From: a phage
Strand: one strand, 5' to 3'
Assembly (NCBI GenBank): GCA_025823825.1
Contig: GCA_025823825.1_4720.1
DNA length: 64,000 nucleotides
In this document: positions 9,833 through 19,800 of the stretch, piece by piece
How the letters are laid out: each line of letters starts with the position of its first letter
Position numbering within the stretch: the stretch's first letter is position 1
Notes under the pieces: model-generated
What the model was told of the DNA's origin: nothing
The model's input: the letters and a program-made list of their open reading frames with translations, nothing else
Databases searched by the model: none
Made by a program: the position numbers and the translations under genes

Positions 9833-12800
9833 ACCGTCCGTTTTCTCGTCGTAGGGTTTCGTTTCACCGTATACAGACACAATGTTTGCGTTAGGTGCGA
9901 GGTAAGCAGAAATACCTACATCCCCACTATCCTTCGTACCTTCGGATACAACACCAATGTCCGACTTGTCGTATTCACGATCGCGTGCGCGTCGAAGCGA
10001 TGTCTTTGAACGACCCCCGATACCGGTCATCGTTGCTTCTTCACCCTGCTTGATATCCAACATCGGGTTGGTTTCATCGATCACGATGGACGCGCTGTCG
10101 TCGAGAATTTGGTTCCAGACGCTTACCGGACTGATTGAGATTTTCTGACGATTTCCTTGACTGCTGTTCTCATTCTGGCGAATAGCGCCAACCAGGTCCT
10201 TATACACCAATTCAGCGAACTTATCGTACGTTTTAAAACGTTGGTAGTTCACATCGTTCGTGTTAGGTGCCCAGTCATCCAGAAGCAGTTCAACAGCACG
10301 CAGTAGCAACATGGCGAAATCGGTAGGTTCTCCCATGTTCTGTAATAGCGTACGGCTTACCGGATCAACGAAAAGACGCTCCATGAGTTCAAGTTCGCGT
10401 AAATGGCGAACCTTAAGTCCAGCACCATCGACAACGTTAAAATAGATATCTCGATTGTCGAAAGCACCGCGAGCGTAACCGATGTAGTTACGGTACTCGT
10501 TAAACCCACCCAACAACAACGTCGTCATGCGATCGTCTTTACTGAAGATCAAACTTTCGTCGTCAAAGCTCACCGCGAATTCATCTGGCGCTAACCCCAT
10601 ACGAGAACCACGAGGTACCGTACGATAGTTTGCTTTAAGATGTTCTAATAACGGGGTAAGTCCACCCAGATAACTTAGAACAACGCCAACCGGAATACGT
10701 ACACCCATGAATTCAAGATCGGCAGCTTCGATCGGCATCTTAGCCGCATTGATACCGAAGAAATCAGGGAACGTCCCTACAGGTGTTGGTGTTTGTCCTG
10801 ACTGACAGATATAGAGCTGATTGCGTTCATCGATCGCTAGGAATTCACCCGATGTGTTACGTGCGAACGTCAGGAGTCCTTCGGCTAACTGTTCGTTGAA
10901 CCGATCTTCCCCAATGAACTCCGGTAGCGTTTTTATATCGAGACGTATATCCCAATCAGCAAATTGGATTTGGGTATAATTGCGCGCAAGCACTGCAAAG
11001 TAGTACGGGACTTTGACAGCCGGATCAAAGACGTTACCACGTTTTAACGTGGTTAAGGGTGAGGACTTATCGTAATACATCGCTGTAAGTTGGCGTGTTA
11101 ACCAACGACCGGCGTTATTAACGACACGCTCTGAACGTTTAACAAACACCTTACCATAGGCGGTACTCAACGCAACTTCGGATGATGATACCTTTCTAAT
11201 AGGTTTATCAACACGTTGTTTACGCATCCGGTACTTGATGCCGTTAACGACATAAATGCCATCCTTACGAACCTTCGGCAACATCACCGGGAACGTGGTT
11301 GGGACACCGCCTACAGGAGCCAGTTTAATCGTGATGACTTGATAATCCCCCATCACGTCAACAACATCTTCAACTTTATATCCCGTAACAGGGTAACCAG
11401 CTTGCTGTACCGCAACAACGGCAGCTGCGATGTCCTTTTGCATTACATGTTCAACGTAATGTTTATCCCACACCGCAAGCGTCGATTTACATAGGCTCTT
11501 GTCGACGATAACGTCCGCTTCCGGCATAACCTTTGCGGGAGCTAATTTTGCGGCTTTTGGTTTAACTTCAACATACTCGGCAAGCGTTAATCCAGAACCG
11601 TCAGGTGCTTCGATTTCATGAATAGCGTCGGCATTACGCATCGCTGCTTTATATTGGACACCACTTAACTGACCCGCATCCGCCAGATCGCTCGCGCGCA
11701 CCAACACCGCATCCGATAACGACTGAATATATTCACCGTGCGTTTTTGGTAACGTTGCCGCGTCAAAGACATCAACCTTTTCTTCTTCGGTATCGTCGGT
11801 AACGACTTCGAAGAGATCGTCGGTAATGTCCTGATCTTCATCGGGCTGGAAATCCGGCTGTACTTCTACCCCGGGTACTTCACGGACATCTTCGAACGAG
11901 CGTTCTACAATGGCGTTCCACGCATCAGCGTCATCGTCTTCATCCGAACCACCGACCAACTCCGCTTCTAACTCGTCGGGATCAAGAACGGTAGCGAGAT
12001 CTTCACCGTTAGGAAGCATGACATCGCGATCATCGTACTCCGCATCCGGGCTGTCCGCAAGAATATCTCGCTCTTGACGAAGAACCTGTTCCTCTTCTTG
12101 TTTCTGTTCTTCTTCATTCGCGCTCTGCGACCACAGACGTGTTACCGCCATCATCCAACGACGCTGGAAGGTTTCAAGTGTCGTTTTATCGAGTTCTTCC
12201 CCTTCCTTTACAAGTCCGGTACGCCATTCTTCCAGCAGGCCAAGATTCAGCGTAAAGAAGTACACACCGTCTGTAAATACAACGTTAAGCTTATCCAGCG
12301 TGGCTCTGTCTAACGAAGCCATTGTGCTGTTCTCACGATCGGTTCCCAACCAGCGGAAGAAGTCAAAGAACGACAGCTCCTCCGGCGTAGCGAAATTCAT
12401 GAGGTTGTTACGGGTCGGTGCCTGTTGCGTGGTACGCATCAACGAAATCTTCGGCAATGTTGACGGTATACGGAACAACAGAAAGTGTTGACGATCGTTT
12501 TGTTGTGCGATTTCGTTGGCTTTCGACCAAATCGTTTTACGTACGTTGAACCATTCATCATACCAACGGGTGAGCGTTGGACGATAGATGTACATGTGGT
12601 TAAGATGTGCGTAGTTAGCAACGATCTGAGCGTTGATGTTTTTCTCCACCGCGCTTAGATCGGTAACCAAACGAAAACGACGATGCGATGCACGATAATC
12701 CAATTTCGCTCGTGGGAGTTGGAATCGTTGATCGCGTCGAGGCGCACCCTGTTTGGTTGCGAGATCATCAGCAAACGAAATCCATAGTTGAGCACTTTCT

Positions 12801-12982
12801 TTACTCAGCATGTATTCGTTTTCTGGAGGACCTATCAATGATGGATCCGTTGCGGTGTAATGATAGACAGCATAACGCGGCAGCTGCAATAGCTGCACTA
12901 AACGTAATCTCGGCGACAATAGCTCTTGGTAGCGTCGGACACCAAACTGTCGGTAGTAATCAAGGTATTTAAGTTTTGCCAT
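9833..12982 (-). CDS. multisubunit RNA polymerase beta-like subunit, 5' exon
   Basis: ATG at 12982 with GGAG ribosome-binding site. C-terminal region matches beta motifs: SEGTKDSGDVGISAYLAPNANIVSVYGETKPYDEKTDG ~ [36 protein letters not shown]. The last 20 codons of the annotated 1069-aa ORF (SSSIMSTSALAVPAADRDD) are intron read-through. Confidence 0.75.
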
Positions 12983-12985
12983 GGG

Positions 12986-13165
12986 TTAGGCTCCACGAGG
13001 TCCCGTTAAGTTGCGTAATAGGAACGCAACCGTATCGTAACCAATATCGATGTTGAATTTATTTTTACCACTTACCCAGAAAGCTCGCTTCTTGTGCGAG
13101 TTGGTAATTTCGTCAATGGCTTCCATGGAATAAAGAACGTTAACCGAGACCGTATCACCATCGAA
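12986..13165 (-). CDS. multisubunit RNA polymerase beta'-like N-terminal subunit, 3' exon (57 codons + stop)
   Basis: In-frame translation FDGDTVSVNVLYSMEAIDE… matches beta' catalytic region [22 protein letters not shown]; ends at TAA 12986-12988, three nt before the beta-like gene ATG. Missed by the ORF track because it has no start codon. Confidence 0.7.
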   Translation of the reverse strand, partial: FDGDTVSVNVLYSMEAIDEITNSHKKRAFWVSGKNKFNIDIGYDTVAFLLRNLTGPRGA

Positions 13166-15220
13166 CCTTGTCTTCGCCTCAGTTCGCTACGCTGAGACCG
13201 CCTGCATGGATACGTACATCACAGGCTGCTTGCACTTTCATGCAAGAGGAGACTATATCAAACCGTCAGCTTCACCTTCTCGATCGTATCGAGAATGCGG
13301 CGCTGAAGAATACTTCAGCAGCACCTGTTACGGTAACCTACACTTCGAAGACGCTTGTCCTCTACAGGGTGGTAAATCCCTTAGTCGTTGAACCTGCGTT
13401 GTTTCACATTTTTGCAAACAAGAATGCCGTATTGCTACGCAACAACCAGGCTGCTGATTGCCCATTGTTTCGCACCTTAGCACCGCTTACGCGGCTTTTC
13501 TTTCAGCCTAAGCCTCTTACGGAGGTAGTGCATCTCAACTTTTGTTTCTGCCTTTCGGCACCTCATGGGTCGTTGAGCTTTAGGGGTTCCCAGCAATTCG
13601 TAGGTTTTTCAAGCACTCCCTTTCGGGAATACCGGACCTTTACCCTTTAGCTAATTTATTTAAGTATCTGAAATCCCACTTATCTTTACGTCGTTTATCG
13701 CACTTAATGTCAGGATGATTAACACGATGTCTGATGGTCGTCGCTGACAGCTGACTGAGATTCTCAGCAGATCGTGCGCCAAGAACAACGAGTTTTGTGT
13801 CGTCTGGACGCGTAACTTCTACTGCCCGATAATGCTTACGTAACACATCACGCCAATATTCACGACGTTCTGGTTCAGCATACTCAAGCATGTAACCGTT
13901 AACATCTACTAAACCGTAGCTTTCGTTTAATCGAGAGGTAGCGGCTGGTTTACTAATACCGATTGCTTTAGCCGCATCGACCACGGTTTTATACGGGGTC
14001 TCATTACCGTCTCTATCTACAACCATAATGAAATCTGGACGTGAATCGAGTAGCTGCTGTCTGCGTTCGACGGCTTGTTGATGAAGTACCATGTTAACGT
14101 GTTCGAACCCGTAACCTTCTGGGCCACGCCATCCTGGATTGTTGTTCGCTCGATAAAGTATCGTCGATGATTTCACTCCAGTCTGACGCGATGCCTCGTT
14201 TGCGCTATGAACAACCGTGGTAGAGCCGTCAGGATGATATATCCGTATCTGGTTCATTATACCGGAACCAATGAAGTTACCGTCGGCTGATTTAATGTCC
14301 GGCCATGGTTGCGGGTCATCTTTGAATTTAACCACCCAGCGGTTGTTAAACAGCTTAACTTTTCGAACATGTTTGCCTAATGTCGTATCCGTAACACCTG
14401 CGATCACTGATGCTTGTGTGATGCTCAGGTACTCAGTAACGGTATCGTTCCAAGTATCCCAAAGCAGAACCGGTTTATTGTCGTCGCGTAAACCATGTTC
14501 GATAGCATGTAGGACATTACGACTTCTGGTCGCCCATTCCAGGTTATCGAGAGAATAGTTCCACTTATCAGCATCAAGATGATTAACGTCCAGACTATCG
14601 ACATTTGCTGGATATTCCCGCCACGCCAACATCAAGCAACGGTGTAATCCCTTATTACCAGCCTTCTGGCGACAATCATGTTTCAAGCAGACAGTAACGT
14701 AACGGTTCGTTTCGAAACGTGGATGATAGATACTCCCGTCCTTTCTGTCTCTGATTTCACCTGCTTCGTTTATTACGTATCTCGTCATTCCTGGAATAAC
14801 ACGATAACCGGGGTACTTAGCGATCTCATAAGCAGGCTCGAAACGATAGGACAAATTATCAACATCCCAATTAGATTCGTTACCGTCAACAAACATCGCT
14901 TTGACGTACTTCTGTGTTTCAATATCAACCAGGATGTTTTTGTGTGCGATACAAATCAATGCTGGGATATTGAATTCGCGACCGACTAAATTAACTGTGT
15001 CGCCGTTTCTCGGTATCTCGACGTGGGTATCGCGATACCGTAAGTTTCCATAGCCGTCTATTTCAATCCAGCTCAGAAACGGAATAGATATAAATTCTTT
15101 TTCAGATACACGCCATTTAAACATATAAACCTCTGTATAACCTTACTATCACACTAAGAGGTTTATCTGTAAATTCTTACAAAACGGCGTAAATTACTAA
15201 AAAGGTCGATCACCGCCTAA
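13166..15220 (-). mobile_element. group I intron (about 2.05 kb) inside the beta'-like RNAP gene, carrying an HNH homing endonuclease ORF
   Basis: On the minus strand: Q-like AATCAGCAGC (about 13456-13465), R-like GUUCAACGACUAAGGGAUU (about 13377-13396), S-like GAUAUAGUCUCC (about 13250-13261), then the 3' splice site after a G. 5' exon ends in U (…gcc ggt). Spliced junction gives …YLAG|FDGD…, rebuilding a YNADFDGD-like catalytic motif. Confidence 0.75.
13640..15124 (-). CDS. intron-encoded HNH homing endonuclease (494 aa)
   Basis: HNH_3-type motif VNHLDADKWNYSLDNLEWATRSRNVLHA; NUMOD-like motif SITQASVIAGVTDTTLGKHV; own ribosome-binding site (agagg) before ATG at 15124. Confidence 0.8.
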   Translation of the reverse strand: MFKWRVSEKEFISIPFLSWIEIDGYGNLRYRDTHVEIPRNGDTVNLVGREFNIPALICIAHKNILVDIETQKYVKAMFVDGNESNWDVDNLSYRFEPAYEIAKYPGYRVIPGMTRYVINEAGEIRDRKDGSIYHPRFETNRYVTVCLKHDCRQKAGNKGLHRCLMLAWREYPANVDSLDVNHLDADKWNYSLDNLEWATRSRNVLHAIEHGLRDDNKPVLLWDTWNDTVTEYLSITQASVIAGVTDTTLGKHVRKVKLFNNRWVVKFKDDPQPWPDIKSADGNFIGSGIMNQIRIYHPDGSTTVVHSANEASRQTGVKSSTILYRANNNPGWRGPEGYGFEHVNMVLHQQAVERRQQLLDSRPDFIMVVDRDGNETPYKTVVDAAKAIGISKPAATSRLNESYGLVDVNGYMLEYAEPERREYWRDVLRKHYRAVEVTRPDDTKLVVLGARSAENLSQLSATTIRHRVNHPDIKCDKRRKDKWDFRYLNKLAKG

Positions 15221-16717
15221 ACCGGCGAGGTATGGGGCTGGGACAATAGTCGTTTCTACGAATGAAGCATTAGGTAACCAGTCGGGGTATTCCCATGCGA
15301 TAAATCGTTCATCCGTTATTGGTTCCCAGTTACTATCCAGTTCGGTTTTCGGTTTTGCGGCGACGGTTGTACGTGCGTAACAGGTTAACGGGATAACGGA
15401 TTGCATACCTGATACCGGATAACGTGTTACCATTGCAGCCAGGTTATTCCAGTACTTATATCCGGCAATATAGATAAGCTCGGTGTAAGTAATGGGGTGA
15501 ACATCCGCGCCAGGTTTATTCAACATCTCCGGGGGTAATTCACTCATGCCACGGAATAACCGAAACGAATCGTTGTTCACATAGACGAGGCAAAGATATC
15601 GTCCATTGACCATGATAGGCTCGTTACGCACGCCAGGATCGCTTAAGGTGTTCAGTAAACGTTCTATTCCGTCCCATGTTGTAAAGTCATCGATGGTGTC
15701 TGGATCAAGCGTGACGCGCTCACGTTCCATCGTTTCGGTATCAATAAGTTCAACTTCTGTAACATCACGGACAAATATTTCCTGCAAAATACCGGTACGT
15801 AACGCATGTTGCGTTACTGGGAGAGCGGCTTTACTCATCTGGTATAACCCTAACTGAACCGCGGTACAGGAAGGCTGGTTAGGCGACCCTAATACCTCCG
15901 TTGTGGGGTTAATTGCCGAAATAACGTTACGGGTTGAGTTCCAAACACGACGTGAGCCGAACTTACCTTGGAAGATCCCTTTCTTACCTTGGAACATATC
16001 CAACAACAAAGCGTAGATATCGTTAAATGTTCTCTGTAAGCTCCAGCGCTGGCCGTCGTAAACGGGATCAGAATAATCTTTTAATCCATCAGGGACGGTG
16101 TTAGAAATTGCAAGGAAACGACGATACAACTCTGTGATTTCTTGCTCGCTTTCATACCCGCCTTCTTTTACTTCTATTTCACGTAAGCCTGCAGGTAAAA
16201 CCAGTAAGTGACGGGTCATCGCTTTGAACATGTTCTCTTCGACGACTTTAATACGTAGCTCTCGTTGAGCTGAACCCGTTGAAACGAACTTAATATCAGC
16301 GACGTGTTGTGCGAAGAACCCGTATCCTGTTTGTCCTGTTAATGCATCAGACGCAACGAAGTCGCGTTGTTCTGGATCCCAACGCGCGTACGCCTTTCCT
16401 GACATGATATCACCATAGAGGTGTTTTAGTCGAATGAGGCGATCGTAAATGACAGGATGCAGGATTTCAACTTTGCATTCAATCACCGCAAATCGACGGT
16501 CTCGGTCTTCACTGCCCGCACTACCAAAGATGGTGTAAGAATAGAAACCGTCATCATGGAAATTACCGGTGCTTGGGTCACGAATGCTCATGCTCGTGAT
16601 CTTGGGGAGAAAACGTAACTGCTGTTTATCGAGGTGTAAAATACTAATGTTAAACGGCTCTCTGACTTTAGCCATGGAGACACTCCTCTTTACCACCACC
16701 GGCTGCGGCGGTATCAT
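15221..16717 (-). CDS. multisubunit RNA polymerase beta'-like N-terminal subunit, 5' exon
   Basis: beta' homology: GKKGIFQGKFGSRRVWNSTRNVISAINP ~ [35 protein letters not shown] ~ LPPDLRP; YRRFLAISN ~ YRRVINRNN. Likely true start is the ATG of MAKVREPF (about 16674) preceded by AGAGGAG. The annotated stop at 15197 lies in the intron. Confidence 0.75.
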
Positions 16718-16827
16718 CTGAACACACGAGAGACGTAATGGGTGATGGCGTCACCCATCGCTTCCTTGCTTGAGGCGAGGAAGTTATTAGGTTACGTACC
16801 TGCCTGATTTTATCAGGTGGGCGATGT

Positions 16828-19800
16828 GTGAAGTTACGCTTCAACATTATCAATGCCGAAGGTAAACTTCGTGCATCACGTTCCAACGTAACATGGGAAC
16901 GTATCGAACTGGAGGTATACATGGTAGATAAAACCCGTGTTGAGGGTGATGATAATTGGGATAACTGGGATGAAGACTTCTCCCTGGATCTCGATTTTAA
17001 CGAACCCAAAGACGATCGTAAACCGATAACACGCTTTGCGATAGGAGCGGTTAAAGGTGCTGCTGAGGATCTTACTTCCTACGAAAGAATGAAGGAGATC
17101 GCCAGAAACGCATTGCCTAAGGGCTACAGCGACGGTATGGATCTTATCGATTCCGCCGTCGGATCCACGAAGGAACTATACAATGAAGCCGTTCGTGACG
17201 TTCTTCCTAAGGTCCAAAGCTCAAAACGGTTAGCTGCACAACTAACCAAGAAATACCGTGCGAGCATGCCCGATTTCTCGAAGAAAATTCTTGAGCAATG
17301 GGAGCGAGAAGCCAAGGAAGAAGACGAACGTAAACAAGCTGAAGAAACCCTTCGTCAACGCATGGCGAGCGCGGGGGACGATGAGATCGCCCGCAAGGTT
17401 GCCGAGGCATTAGGCGAATCAGCAAACCAAAGCGCGGATCAGTTCGCTGAACAGCAAGCGAAAGAGAGTATCCGTGACGATATCGCTGACAAACGGTACG
17501 CTGTAACCAACAAACAAATGAGTGCGATGCAAGAAGGCGTCGCCAAGATGGTTGGTTTCAACAATGAATTCGCTGCGCGCTACATGCGTAAAAGCCTGGA
17601 ACTGAAATATCGTTCCTTAGCGATTCAGCGTGCAAGTTTTGATCAGCATAAAAAGTTAGCCGAAGTCTATATCGGTTTATTACAAAACATCCAGAAGAAT
17701 ACGGCTTTACCTGATGCAGCTAAAGCGAAGATGTCGGAAGAATTCCGTCGTAGTGCATACCAACGTTTCTTTGGTAATGCGTTAGATGCGATGGGTTCTT
17801 TCGAGAACCGTTTCTTTGCCGATGTTAAGAAGAACCTCGCCACCAACGCATTAGGTGCTTTAAAAGGCGTCGTGTCTGGCGCAAACGATGCGTTATACGG
17901 TTTAAACGAAGCACGTGACTCGATGTCCATGATGGACGGGATGGGGTCAGAAGGCGATATTAAGGAAATGCAAGGAAGGATGTTGGGTCAGTTCATTGGC
18001 TCAACTGTCGCGCCGTGGATGGCTAATAAAGGCAGGATGGCGTTACGCGATTTAGCAAAACGTCACCCCAATGCTAAATTCGCTAGCGCGTTAAAAGCCG
18101 TGGATCAAGGTGGTGAGGCTGCCGCTTACACGACGCGTAATCTCGGTAAACTGCTCCAGGAAGATATTCGTAAAAACGAATTCAATCTTAACGATCCGTT
18201 TTACAAGCAGTTGTTGCGTGGTGCAGGGCGTTGGGCGTTCAACATGGACAGCGGACGTAACTTCCGCGTGATGAACGACACCGCTGAAACACTGGCGGAG
18301 CAAACGTCTTTCGACGGTTTAACTTACCGCAGTATCAATGAAGTTATTCCTGGTTTTCTTGCACGCATTCTGAAAAGCAGTGAAGGTATCCGCACCGGAA
18401 ACAGCGATCCTGACTACGAGGTCTATGACGGCATCAGCGGACAATTCGTGTCTCAGCGCACGCGTGAGCAAAGCGTCAACGACACGCTGTTTAACAAACG
18501 TACATTTGGTTATTACGCCAGCCGTTTCAATGAGGTTATCTCGGTCATCGATCCCGATAAACAATTATCGGATAACGCAAGAAAAGGATTAGCAAAACAG
18601 CTAGCTCGTGACAGCGACGCAAACATTGCATTCGACCCGGCTCGTTTTACGGATGAAAGCAACTTCGATCGTAGTATCGACCGCGACGCTATTAAGGAAC
18701 TTTCTAATTACTTCCGTAACCGTTACGGTATCGACTACGTACCCGATGAAAAAGGACAACACCATCAGGTCATTGGAAACCGCGGGCAATATTACACGGA
18801 ACGTAACCGAGCTGACCTTCGCTACGGTAATTTGAAATCGTTACAACCGGATATCCAGCGTAACCTTAACCTACTGAAACGTACTGGTGACGTCCAATAT
18901 CTGGAACGTATCGGTATTGTGACGAGAAATAGCGACGGAAGCTACTCAGTTAATCACGATCGGTATTTCTCTGAAATCGATCAATACATCGACCGACCGG
19001 AGTACGCTGACCGCGGCGATGTTAATACGCGATTAACCGCTCAGGAAACAAGAGCTCTGGCGTTGGGTTATCGTGACGCAAAACCATCAGTTGATGACGT
19101 CCAAAATGCGGGTCTGCCGAACATCGAACGTAAGGCTGCTGGAACAGTAACCGTTGATGAAAACATCGGCTACGATAAATGGTGGAACGACACAGGTGTT
19201 ATCACCACATCGCTTGAAGAACAGAATCGAGCATGGCAAGAGCTTTATCTCGAAGCGTTGTCTGAAGCATCCGAACAACGTGTTGAAATGCTTGCGTTGC
19301 TGAAAGCCATTTCTGAGAAAGACTGGTCTAATAATGTTTCACTGGATGGCGAAGACGTACCTGAAGGCGCAGCGCCTATTTCATTTATTGATCGCGCCAA
19401 ACAAAAACTCGGCGGACGCAACCTCTTTAAAGGCGGCCGTAATCTCCTCTGGAAAGGAATTAAAAATACCGCACGATTGGGTGTTAAAGGTGCGCGCTGG
19501 GGAGCAGAACGTACATTAGGTAGTTTGGTAAATTCCGGTCGACGTATTATCAATTTCAACCGCTTCGTGTTCGGTGCGTTATCCAAAGTCGATCAGGTTC
19601 CGTTTGACATTTACGTTAAAGGGGAATCCCAACCACGCATATTGGCTGCCAAACTTCGTCAGGGGTTATACTTCGACGAGGCGACAGGAAAAGCCGTCAA
19701 ACGGATGAAGGATATCAAAGGTCCACTCGTTGATGCAGATGGAAACATCGTAATCAGCAACGAGGATATCGAGAAAGGGTTGGTCACTCGCGCTGGTCGT

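Noticed and set aside
13168-13650. Plus-strand ORF of 160 aa
   Set aside because: Lies entirely within the catalytic core of the minus-strand group I intron (covers the Q, R and S elements); no ribosome-binding site; composition typical of structured RNA read in a wrong frame.
15197-15220. Last 8 codons of the 506-aa ORF (…LGGDRPF)
   Set aside because: Most likely intron read-through; the junction YLAG|FDGD best restores the beta' catalytic motif. The exact splice site could shift by a few codons.
16668-17009. Minus-strand 113-aa ORF overlapping the start of the giant gene and the RNAP gene start
   Set aside because: Overlaps two well-supported genes; Ser/Thr-rich low-complexity translation typical of an antisense frame.
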